From Eledone cirrhosa (taxonomy: Eukaryota), in NCBI GenBank assembly GCA_964016885.1, contig OZ024741.1, forward strand, positions 57,908,001-57,972,000: a stretch of DNA of 64,000 bases, given 5' to 3'. How positions within the stretch are numbered: the first letter of the stretch is position 1; each line of letters opens with the position of its first letter. The notes under the pieces are model-generated. The model was given only the letters and a program-made list of their open reading frames with translations, had not been told where the DNA came from and did no database searches. Both the position numbers and the translations under genes were made by a program. Below, piece by piece: positions 22,523 to 34,800 of the stretch.

Positions 22523-25500
22523 ATCATCATCATCATCATCATCATCATTTTACGTCCGCTTTTCCCTGCTTGCAAGGATGGGACGGGTCTTATTCAGCAA
22601 AGCATCTCTCCACTCGTCACGGTCCTTCGTCATCTCCACTATGAGCTTCAACGATCTGAGGTCTGTTCTCACCACCTCCGCCCATGTTTTTCCTGGTCTA
22701 CCTCTACCACGTCTTCCTTCAACTGGCATTTCCTGGCACTTCTTCACCCATCTATCATCTTCCATGCGCATCACATGTCCAACCACCTCAGTCTCCTCTC
22801 CCGTACACTACATTCTATTCCTCTCAGACACAGTTTCTCTCTCAACACATTCATGCTGGGTCGTTCACGCACATCCAACGGAGCATGCTTCCCTCATTTC
22901 TCTCCAGCCATCGCAGATCCTCTGCAGTTGCTGCCCATGTCTCACTACCATGCAGCATCGCGCTTCTCACACAGGCATCATACAACCGGCCTTTCGTACT
23001 CAGGGAGAAACCCTTCTTCGTCAGCAGAGGAAGCAGCTCCCTAAACTTCTTCCAACCCGTCCTTATTCTAGATACTATGGCCTTGGAACACCCTCCTCCC
23101 ATTCTAATCTGATCTCCTAGGTACCGGAAGCTATCCACCACTTCTATAGCGCCCTCCTGCATTTAAAAAATGTTTCTATCAATGCGACTTCTACTGTCTA
23201 ATTTCCCTGTACATCTCCTGCATACATATTTCTCACTACCTGTTAGTTTGCCTGCTATCTCGCTACATCTCTTGTGTACCAAGGATCTGCATTGTGTAAA
23301 TTTTATAGAATTTATGCCAGTTCCTTTTCTGCATATCGAACATGGCCATTTCCCTGACGGAATCAGAGTTTTGTTCTCTTTTCTACTCATCAACACTTTT
23401 GTCTTAGCTAGGTTCACTCTCAGTCCTCTTGCTTCCAACTGCTGTTTCCATAGCCAGAATTTATTCTCTAGTTCCTCTACTGATTCTGCTTTAAGAACCA
23501 GATCGTCAGTATAGAGAAGTTCCCATGGACAGCCAGTCTTAAACTCCTCTGTTATGGCTTGGAGGACTATAATGAACGAGAGCGGGCTGAGGACCGAACT
23601 TTGATGTACTCCTACTTGTATCTGGAATTCCTCACTAAACTCCATTCCTACCCTGACTTTACTGAGAGTACCTCTGTACAAAGTTTGCACTGTCATCACA
23701 AGCCATTCCTCAACACCTAGCTTCCTTAGGGACCACCAGATGACAGATCGGGGTACCCTATCAAACGCCTTCTCTAGGTCAACAAAGGCTAAGTATAGTG
23801 GCTTATTTTTTCTCTAAGAACCTCTCTTGCAATTGTCTCACCAAGAAGAGGGCATCTGTTGTACTCTTCCCAGGCACAAAACCAAACTGCATCTCATCTA
23901 GTTTGACCCTTTCTCTAATTAGTTGTGCTAATATCCTTTCTGCCACTTTCATAACCTGATCCATCAGTTTTATACCCCTATTAATTGCTCCTCTCCAGAG
24001 CATCCCCTTTACCTTTGTAGCAATTTATGAGAATACTGCTGCACCAGTCTTTGGGTATGACACCACCATAAATAGCCTGATTGATGATGCGTGCAACCAG
24101 TTTAGTGCCTACGTCCCCTCATGCCTTCAGCATCTCAGCAACTATTCCCGATGGTCCAGCAGCCTTACCATTTTTCATTTCCTTAATCGCCTCTTGGACC
24201 TTATATTCGTCAATCTCAATAGCTGGTCCCTCTGTCGGATCTACTAAGGGTAATTTCTCTCTCTTCCAATCGTTCTCCACATTCATCAGTCTCTCATAAT
24301 GCCATTTCCAGGCCTCCTTTTTCTGATCATTCGTGTCACTAAGTACACCGGCATCATCCCGGACACATTTATCTCCAACAACATCCTGATTTGCATTGAC
24401 ACACTGCCTTACAATGTGGAACACCGCACGCCTCTGATCTTCCCGTCGCAGAACATTGGCAAACCTCCTACTCTCCGCCTCCCTGCGTACTAAGTACACC
24501 TGACGTCTAGCTTCTCTCTTAGTGGCTGTATATTCTTCCCTACTCCCACCCATTTTCCAAGCCTTCCATGCTAGTCTTTTGTCTCTAATGGCCTTATCTA
24601 CTGTGCTGTTCCACCACCAGGTCACTCTCTGTCTGGTTGGAGCTCTGCTCCAGCCACAAGTTTCATCAGTAGCCTGCAGCAAGTTGTCACGTAAGAAATT
24701 CCAGTTATTATCTATGTCATACGTCTCTAACTCGTCTTCTTTTTCGTCATATACATCTTGAAGGGCTTTCTTAAATTTGTATTTTAGTGAAAGGTCTTTT
24801 AGCTTCCAGACCTTTCTTCTCCACACCTTCCTGTATGTCTCATTCCATCTCTTGCTTACTGAGATATCACTAATGACTAACCTATACTGTGGGGTACATT
24901 CTTCCCCAGGGTATGCCTTGGTATTAGACACTATCTGCCTGTCCCGCTGCCTAACTAGTAAGAAGTCAATCTGGCTTATATGCTCGCCTCATTTGTAGGT
25001 TATTAGGTGATTGGCAGATTTCTGGAAGTTTGTGTTGCAAATAGTCAGTGTACCTGCATCACAAAATTCAAGAAGTCTCATTCCTTCTTCATTTCTTGAG
25101 ACGTAACCGTGCCCACCATGTACCCCAGTGTAACCATCCTGGAGCTGTCCAACATGACCATTGAAGTCTCCTGCTAGCATAACGATGTCTCCGTCCTCTG
25201 TCATTGCGGTTGTTTGTAAAAGTTGCTCGTAAAAGCAGTCTTTCTCATCTTTGCCTAGGCCTGCTTGGGGAGCATAGGCAGAGATGATTGTCAGTAGTCT
25301 CCTGCCTACAACTAATCTAATTTTAATTATTCGATTACTAACTCGAACTACCTCTATTGTCTTATTGATCCATCTCTCAGCCAGGAAAATGCCTACTCTC
25401 CTAACCCATCCTTCTTACCTACCCAGAAAAGCTTATAGCTAAGACGTTTGCCTACGACTAGCCTCGCAGGGGCACCTCTCCATCTCACCTTTTGCATGCA

Positions 25501-25800
25501 GCACACATCCACATGCCTTCTCTCCAGCATCTCCGCTATTTCAGCAGATCTACCTCTGAGAGTGCCAACATTAAGTGTTGTAACTCTGAGATGCGACGTC
25601 TTCATACTTTGTTGTTGTTCCTATTTGTTGCTGTACTGATAAGCGTTTTGGCATTGATACACCGGTTGGGTGCCCTTCCTAACACCAGCGCCACTTTACA
25701 GCATGGACTGGGTGCTTTTATTTGTGCCACCAGCACTAGAGCGGATGTCTTACTAGACTCAAGGGCCCTCTCTACCCTTCCATTTTACAGCATGGTCATT
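22523..25800 (-). mobile_element. RTE-clade LINE, near full-length, decayed, (GAT)n tail
   Basis: Single APE-RT frame in fragments, almost no 3' UTR, C-terminal RGRGRPGKTW motif typical of RTE. Confidence 0.92.
22550..25605 (-). pseudogene. RTE ORF: APE endonuclease, RT (YTDD) and a PHD-like Cys/His insert
   Basis: TLNVGTL, GDFNGHVG, GKAAGPSG, QFGFVPGKSTTDA, QSSVLSP, LLYTDD, CSIC..C..HKRC..CRRC and FRYLG; several stops and frameshifts. Confidence 0.9.
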
Positions 25801-25819
25801 AAAATATATATATATATAT

Positions 25820-25942
25820 GAGAAAGTATGACCCCGACGGCAGAGCTCAAGCCGTTTCGACGGCTATTTCTGGACTAATGTCTTTAGTTCAGAAATAGCC
25901 GTCGAAGCGGCTTGAGCTCTGCCGTCGGGGACATACTTTCTC
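25820..25942. repeat. ~123-bp near-perfect hairpin (~59-bp arms)
   Basis: gagaaagtatgaccccgacggcagagctcaagccg... versus ...cggcttgagctctgccgtcggggacatactttctc, about three mismatches. Confidence 0.92.
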
Positions 25943-26027
25943 CTATTACCCACTCTACTACCCTAAGTATTGAGTACTCTGGTTCTGGTGCGTTATGGTC
26001 CATTTGGTTCCTTACCACAACTCTTCC

Positions 26028-26075
<48 letters not shown>

Positions 26076-26225
26076 TATATATATTATAATAATAGCTATA
26101 AATGGAACTTGTCTGGGTCTGGATGAGACAGGGAAGCATTCTACCATAGTAATAAATTCTTATCATCATCATCATCATCATCTTTGTTTAACGTCCATTT
26201 TCCACACTAGCATGGGTTAGACGGG

Positions 26226-26260
<35 letters not shown>

Positions 26261-26346
26261 CCCCCACCTACCCCCCACTCTCCTGAGCGTGAATTTAATA
26301 AACATTTATCGTACTGCCTCTCTGTTCTGTCCCTGTTCAATTTTTC

Positions 26347-26383
<37 letters not shown>

Positions 26384-26434
26384 CGTTCCAGATATCTACA
26401 CACATACACACAAATCTGTGCTCACCCTCCACAC

Positions 26435-26467
<33 letters not shown>

Positions 26468-26983
26468 TAAGATGTATGGTAGTCCTTTAATTGATTAGTT
26501 TCTTTCAACTTAGTAGGGAATATCAAAACTTCGTAAGTTTTCTGAAATTTGTAAACGTGATCTCGGGGGAAGAAAGTTCTTTTCTTTCGGAAAAAAACTT
26601 TTTTCTCTCGAAGGAATTTCATAGGAAACTTTATATATTTTTTTAGGGAAACTTTATATTTTTATTTTTTATTTTATTAGCCTCTTAATTTCTTCTAGTT
26701 TAGTAGGTTTATTGGAGCCTGTAAGCTTTATGCACTTATTGAGGGATTTTTTAAGGTGCTTCTAAGGGACCCCAAGTCTTTTAGTTTACTGTTAATGCGT
26801 AAATTATATATTATCTAATTTTTAACTTTCAATCCCTGACCCCGACAACTAATATAAAAGAGCCCCCTTAGAATATAGACCCCCAACTATACAAGCCGAG
26901 CTGCTGATGTATACCACAATTTCAAACTGCTAGCCTTGAGTGATACGTTGATGTAGATAATGATCTTACAGTCACATGTTGTA

Positions 26984-27030
26984 TGCCTTGAAAAGTACCA
27001 CCATGTGGTCGGACGAAACGGCTGTCGGCA
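26984..27030 (+). ncRNA. Putative minimal type I hammerhead ribozyme, copy 1 (one mismatch in helix II)
   Basis: tgcc-TTGAAAA-gtac..ggac-GAAAc ggct gTC-ggca. Confidence 0.55.
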
Positions 27031-27073
27031 ATAAACTTGTTATAATGTCATAATTGTTCCTTTGTTCTTTTTC

Positions 27074-27147
<74 letters not shown>

Positions 27148-27181
27148 TATTTATTTGCTTAAAGCATGCTCACATGTTGTA

Positions 27182-27228
27182 TGCCTTGAAAAGTCCCACC
27201 ATGTGGTCGGACGAAACGGCTGTCGGCA
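27182..27228 (+). ncRNA. Putative minimal type I hammerhead ribozyme, copy 2
   Basis: Helix I tgcc/ggca; core UUGAAAA; helix II gtcc/ggac with inner acc/ggt; GAAA; short helix III ac/gt; GUC cleavage triplet; AATAAA follows at once. Confidence 0.65.
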
Positions 27229-27271
27229 ATAAACTTGTTATAATGTCATAATTGTTCCTTTGTTCTTTTTC

Positions 27272-27339
<68 letters not shown>

Positions 27340-27564
27340 TATTTATTTGCTTAAAGCATGCTCACATGTAAAATGTAACCTAACTTCCATTTCAAGTGTA
27401 TTCGATGTAGTTTGTAGTAAGTATATAATGTAGGTTTATAAATGTCAGAGACACTCGTGACTACATTTGTTTTTTATATTGTCTGTAATGATATAAAATA
27501 AAACGTGTGTGTATGTGTGTTATGAGTGTGTGTATATTGATATATATATATGTGTGTGTGTGTG

Positions 27565-27662
27565 TAGGGTGTCCCAAAAAATGCATACAGACTTTGATTA
27601 CTTGTACAGGCAATATTTATTAGAATGCTGTTGAAGTATGTCTACATTTTTGGGACACCCTG
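27565..27662. mobile_element. Tiny Tc1/mariner-type MITE
   Basis: TIRs agggtgtcccaaaaa..atg.a.aca.actt / aagtatgtctacatttttgggacaccctg, TA at the right flank. Confidence 0.75.
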
Positions 27663-27679
27663 TATATATATATATCTAT

Positions 27680-27748
<69 letters not shown>

Positions 27749-28499
27749 CACACACACACATATATATATATATACATATATACATGCATATATATATACA
27801 TACACATATATATATATATAACCCATGCTAGCGTGGAAAATGGACGTTAAACGAAGATGATGATGATGATGATGATGATGATGATATACATGCATATATA
27901 TATATAAATATATATTTGTGTGTATGTGTATATATATATGTGTGTGTGTGTGTGTATGTATGTATATGCATGTATTTTTAAACACAGGAGCAAATAAAAC
28001 CATTATACATGATTTATTTATAGGAGCACACATCGTATCATATCAAACTTTAGGGTAGAAGACAGTGAAAAGTAGAACGTGATATTTACTAACAAATATT
28101 TGAATATGAAAAATAATAAAATCTGTGATGCGATATCTATTGAAACTCTAAGTAAAAAATATCATAAAATAAGCCGTGAGGTGATAGTAATATCATCCTT
28201 GGGAACCATACTTTGGAACAAACTTGATAATGGATGAAATTGCTTCTCTTTTCTCCATTTTGATTCTTTTCGAAATATCCAAGTTCAGTGAACTTCCTAT
28301 AAATAAACATGTTTGGCATGAAAACAAATATTGAGTTTTTTTATAAAATAGCAATAAGTAAATAAAATGAGTATTGTTGTGTTTTCTCAATGTTTGACTT
28401 GATGGTGATAAGCCTTTGGTTTGTGAGAGTTTTGTTTAGTTTTGATTAAACACACACACACCCTACTCACACATATGGGCCTATATTTTAGGTGAACTC

Positions 28500-28705
28500 T
28501 TTTCATACCAAATTGCCCGAAACCGACATTTATGTTTATATTTCTCTAAAAACCTTTCATCACAATTTTATAAAAGAATTTTTGTTATGTTCCAAATGTC
28601 AGCTTAATACTGAGAAAGTTAGTTATTTTACTAAATCCCTCCAAATTCTCTATTATTTTCAAAATGATTTGAAAATCATAGGCAGTGTCTTTCATTAGAA
28701 ACACA
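28500..28705. repeat. Old interspersed repeat; a diverged second copy at ~19790-20155 is split by a SINE
   Basis: Shared ordered blocks ctaaaa(a)cctttcat, gttatgttccaaat, tgagaaagtta, taaatccct.caaattc and gtgtcttt.attagaaa. Confidence 0.55.
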
Positions 28706-29620
28706 GTAATGAAAGGGTTAGTTGGAGAGATCTTAGGAAGTACAAGGCAAAGAAAGAGAGTAGGCTGTAACCAGGCACACACATATCCTATATTTTAGAT
28801 TTAACATTGGGAGGAGAGCAGTTTGAGAAAGGAACCCCATGAGGCAGAATGGCTGAGGCAGTACATATTAGTGGCTATTCTCTGCAGCAATGCATTCGTC
28901 ATCTTGTCCACCAAGAGTACTGAGTTTGCCCCTTACCCATTTTCTCTTCAAGGAAAAGAAAGGAAATAACTTACAATTGTGGGTTAAAACTAGGTACATA
29001 TGTAACAGTACTTTGATTCTCTCTGCAATAGGGTTTCATACTGCCTATTAAGCAGCCACCAAAACTTGACCTCCAAACGACATGGCAGAGATGATTCTCT
29101 TTATCTCAGGTTGGCATCAATGGTCTGGAGAGACTGGACAACTTGATGTTAAATGAGATAAGTTTTTCTTCTTGGAAAAGAAGGATCACTTTGAGTTGCA
29201 GAGAGGATGTCAAGCAGTAGAGAGATGTAGCATTTAACCAAACGCTCCAGCCCAGTCAACAGGTTTGGACTACTTCAATAAAGGTTAGTTCAATAAAGGT
29301 GCATCTGGTCAGTTTACTACTACATTCACTCAAACCAACATAACAGACAATTTACTCGGTTCTTTGTTGTTTTCCTGTCTTATTGACAATAGATTCGAAA
29401 TAAGCTATTTTTCTTAATAAAAATTCTTTATGTAGCGAAAATGTTTTACTTATTCATTCCTTGGCATTTTCTCCACAGGGCGTATATTTGGGATAATCCC
29501 GCAGCAAACAAACAACAATCACTACTACAAACACTGCCATGCTCAAATGAACCACAACAAACACAAACCAATTCCTTCCACATCGCTATATTCAACTTTG
29601 CTACAATTCCATTGCGCTAC

Positions 29621-30285
29621 ACATATGTCCTATATTCCGGGTTTAGTTGAAGAGATGTTAGGATTGTACCATTGCAGACGGGATGGCTGGAAATTAGACA
29701 CACACATACACACACAGAGACAAACACAAATACAAATGCATACACACACTTATGCACACAAACACTCACATGCATTCACACATCATACATATGTCCTATA
29801 TTTTAGGTTTAGCTGAAAAGATGTAAGGATTATACCACTGCAGGAAAAAGACGAGATGGCTAGAAATTAGACACACACATACACACACAAATACATATTA
29901 ATACACCTAATATACACATCATACATATGTCCTACATTTTAGGTTTAGCTGGAGAGATGTTAGGATTGCACCATTGCAGGGAAAAGACGAGATGGCTAGA
30001 AATTAGATACACACACACACATGCATACACATAAACATGAACACACACTCATGCATACACACACACACATGCGTACACACACATACACACATTCATCACA
30101 CACATGTTCTATGTTTTAGGTTTAGCTGAAGAGATGTTAGGATTGCACCATTGCAAGAAAAGGTTGAGATGGCTAGAAATTAAGCACATACACACATGTA
30201 CACACACACACACACACACACACATACACACACACATCACACATATCTTCTATGTTTTAGGTTTAGCTGAAGAGATGTCAGAAGT
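29621..30285 (+). repeat. Five tandem ~80-bp conserved blocks separated by (CA)-rich spacers
   Basis: catatgtcctatattttaggtttagctgaagagatgttaggatt.. recurs at ~29621, 29787, 29923, 30102 and 30241. Confidence 0.85.
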
Positions 30286-30367
30286 GTAGTTGTGCAAGCT
30301 AAGAATGAAATGGCTACAACTGTGCTGAAGTCAGAACCAGTGTCTGGGTACTTAACACCCTGGTTCT

Positions 30368-30700
30368 ATGTGGCAGTGTGGTGGTGATGGTATGTATGTA
30401 TATGTGTTGGTGGTGTGTGTGTGTATGTGTACTGGTAGTGTGTTTGTCTATGTGGTGGTGGTGTTGTGTGTATATGTGTGCTGCTGGTGGAGTAGATGTA
30501 TGTGTGGTGATGGGTGTATGTGTGAATGTGTGGTATGTGTATAGGGGTGTGTACATGTGGTGGCATTGTCTCTGTATGGTGATGGTGTGTTTGTGGAAGT
30601 GTATATATGTATATGTGGAGGTGTATATATGTATATGTGGAGGTGTATATATGTGTTTTGATGGTGTATATGTGAAGGTGTACATGTATATGTCGTGTGC
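30368..30700. repeat. GT/TGG-rich low-complexity tract
   Basis: Direct reading. Confidence 0.8.
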
Positions 30701-31858
30701 CCTTGTATTATTCTCCTTATTCACATTACCATTCAATAAATTATTTGTCACTAGCTTCTGAGGAATCATAAAGAGGTGTGTATATGTATATATGTGTGTG
30801 TAGATATGTATATACATATAAACATCTACACACACATATGTGTGTGTATGTGTGATCATCATTCAATAAATTATTTCTTGCTCGTTTCTGACGAGTCATG
30901 AAATTTGCAGTGAAACTCATCACATGTTCAACTCAATCATTTACCATTTTTTTTTCTGTTCCTTGCTCTAAAGTATTCACTGTTTTTCCTAGCAAGATCT
31001 TCATAGAAAGAAAGAAATGCTTCTCATTCCTATATTTTCTTCCAATTATTATCTAGCTCTTAGAATTAATAATAAAAAATATCCGTATATTTGTAATATA
31101 ATTAGGCTAAAAATAAGTCTTTATATGTTTAAAACTATATTATGTAATGTTGTAATATTTTATTTTCCTACAGCATTTTTCTTTTTTGTTTTACTGTATA
31201 CAATATTATTAGCTAAAAGCAATTCTGTGAAAAGAAAAACAATAATTCTAGAATGTAATGGATCCATTAGTGAATGTAAAGAAAATGAAAACAAGAAACT
31301 CTTTGGCAGTTATTTCCAAATATATTAAAGGAATGTTGAAAAATTCCTGTCAAGTTCATTTTGTCATTTTCGGCATAACTGGAGCTATAAGTCCAATTAG
31401 GTGAAAGGAGGAATGAAACTTTTAGCATACCTTTGGTAAACGTTCCGTAATTAGTATTTAGAACAGTTTCAACCTAGCAGTTAAGAGAATACAGTGTTCA
31501 AATACTTCAGAGATTTATTCTGATATTTTTGAAAGAAAAAAAAACAATAGCAGGCACCGAGGAAATTCTTTTGGCAAAATGAGTTATCAGAACTAATTTG
31601 CTTTTGTTTGTGACACAAAGGGTTGGCATTTAGTAACTAATCGCTTTAGGGGGAAATAACGAAGGTGTAGTGTTATAAAAGAAGAAAATTGGTGGATGAA
31701 GCAATAAAATCAATGGGATTATGGCAAACGTTTCAGTTGTTCTCATTACTCTCAATCAATGCATGTATGCCAAATGTTGTAAGGTTATATCACCACACAT
31801 ATGCCTGCACGACAACCCTTATTTTATAGCGAACATGTCCCATTTAAACTACATACCC

Positions 31859-34800
31859 ATACACCACACCACCACAGTTAAACTATATCTACACCATAAC
31901 ACCACAGTTAAACTATATCTACACCACAACACAAGAGTTAAACTATATCTACACCACAACACTACAGTTAAACTATATCTACACCACACCACCACAGTTA
32001 AACTATATCAACGCCACAACACCACAGTTAAACTATATGTACACCACAACATACAGTTAAACTATATCTACACCACAACACCACAGTTAAACTATATCTA
32101 CACCACAACACCAGAGTTAAACTATATCTACACCACAACACCACAGTTAAACTATATATACACCACACCACCACAGTTAAACTATATCTACACCACCACA
32201 ACACCACAGTTAAACTATATCTACACCACAACACCACTGTTAAACTATATCTACACCACAACACCACAGTTAAACTATATCTACACCACACCACCACAGT
32301 TAAACTATATCTACACCACCACACCACCACAGTTAAACTATATCTACACCACAACAACACCACAGTTAAGCTATATCTACACCACACCACCACAGTTAAA
32401 CTATATCTACACCACAACACCACAGTTAAAATATATCTACATCACAACACCACAGTTAAACTATATCTACACCACACCACCACTGTTAAACTCTATCTAC
32501 ACCACACCACCACAGTTAAACTATATCTACACCACACCACCACAGTTAAACTATATCTACACCACACCACCACAGTTAAACTATATCTACACCACACCAC
32601 CACAGTTAAACTATATCTACACCACAACACCACAGTTAAACTATATCTACACCACACCACCACAGTTAAACTATATCTACACCACAACACCATAGTTAAA
32701 CTATATCTACACCACCACACCACCACAGTTAAACTATAACTACACCACAACACCACAGTTAAACTATATCTACACCACAACACCACAGTTAAACTATATC
32801 TACACCACCACACCACCACAGTTAAACTATAACTACACCACAACACCACAGTTAAACTATAACTACACCACACCACCACAGTTAAACTATATCTACACCA
32901 CACCACCACAGTTAAACTATATCTACACCACACCACCACAGTTAAACTATAACTACACCACAACACCACAGTTAAACTATATCTACACCACAACATCACA
33001 CTTAAACTATATCTACACCACACCACCACAGTTAAACTATATCTACACCACAACACAAAAGTTAAACTATATCTACACCACCACACCACAGTTAAACTAT
33101 ATCTACACCACACCACCACAGTTAAACTATATCTACACCACACCACCACAGTTAAACTATATCTACACCACACCACAGCAGTTAAACTATATCTACACCA
33201 CAACACCACAGTTAAACTATATCTACACCACAACGCCACAGTTAAACTATATCTACACCACACCACCACAGTTAAACTATATCTACACCACACCACAGCA
33301 GTTAAACTATATCTACACCACAACACCACAGTTAAACTATATCTACACCACAACGCCACAGTTAAACTGTATCTACACCACAACACCGCAGTTAAACTAT
33401 ATCTACACCACAACACCACAGTTAAATTATATCTACACCACACCACCACAGTTAAACTATATCTACACCACCACAACACCACAGTTAAACTATATCTACA
33501 CCACACCACCACAGTTAAACTATATCTACACCACACCACCACAGTTAAACTATATCTACACCACACCACCACAGTTAAACTATAACTACACCACACCACC
33601 ACAGTTAAACTATATCTACACCACACCACCACAGTTAAACTATATCTACACCACAACACAAGAGTTAAACTATATCTACACCACAACACTACAGTTAAAC
33701 TATATCTACACCACACCACCACAGTTAAACTATATCTACACCATAACACCACAGTTAAACTATATCTACACCACAACACAAGAGTTAAACTATATCTACA
33801 CCACAACACTACAGTTAAACTATATCTACACCACACCACCACAGTTAAACTATATCAACGCCACAACACCACAGTTAAACTATATGTACACCACAACATA
33901 CAGTTAAACTATATCTACACCACAACACCACAGTTAAACTATATCTACACCACAACACCAGAGTTAAACTATATCTACACCACAACACCACAGTTAAACT
34001 ATATATACACCACACCACCACAGTTAAACTATATCTACACCACCACAACACCACAGTTAAACTATATCTACACCACAACACCACTGTTAAACTATATCTA
34101 CACCACAACACCACAGTTAAACTATATCTACACCACACCACCACAGTTAAACTATATCTACACCACCACACCACCACAGTTAAACTATATCTACACCACA
34201 ACAACACCACAGTTAAGCTATATCTACACCACACCACCACAGTTAAACTATATCTACACCACAACACCACAGTTAAAATATATCTACATCACAACACCAC
34301 AGTTAAACTATATCTACACCACACCACCACTGTTAAACTCTATCTACACCACACCACCACAGTTAAACTATATCTACACCACACCACCACAGTTAAACTA
34401 TATCTACACCACACCACCACAGTTAAACTATATCTACACCACACCACCACAGTTAAACTATATCTACACCACAACACCACAGTTAAACTATATCTACACC
34501 ACACCACCACAGTTAAACTATATCTACACCACAACACCATAGTTAAACTATATCTACACCACCACACCACCACAGTTAAACTATAACTACACCACAACAC
34601 CACAGTTAAACTATATCTACACCACAACACCACAGTTAAACTATATCTACACCACCACACCACCACAGTTAAACTATAACTACACCACAACACCACAGTT
34701 AAACTATAACTACACCACACCACCACAGTTAAACTATATCTACACCACACCACCACAGTTAAACTATATCTACACCACACCACCACAGTTAAACTATAAC

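Larger units (their letters stand above)
26972..27369 (+). repeat. Tandem duplication, ~198-bp unit (hammerhead fold, AATAAA, (TA)n)
   Basis: 26972-27169 repeats at 27170-~27361, and tcacatgt starts a third time. Confidence 0.93.

Noticed and set aside
30885-30925. ctgacga...gaaac hammerhead-like words
   Set aside because: No convincing helix II or helix I pairing.
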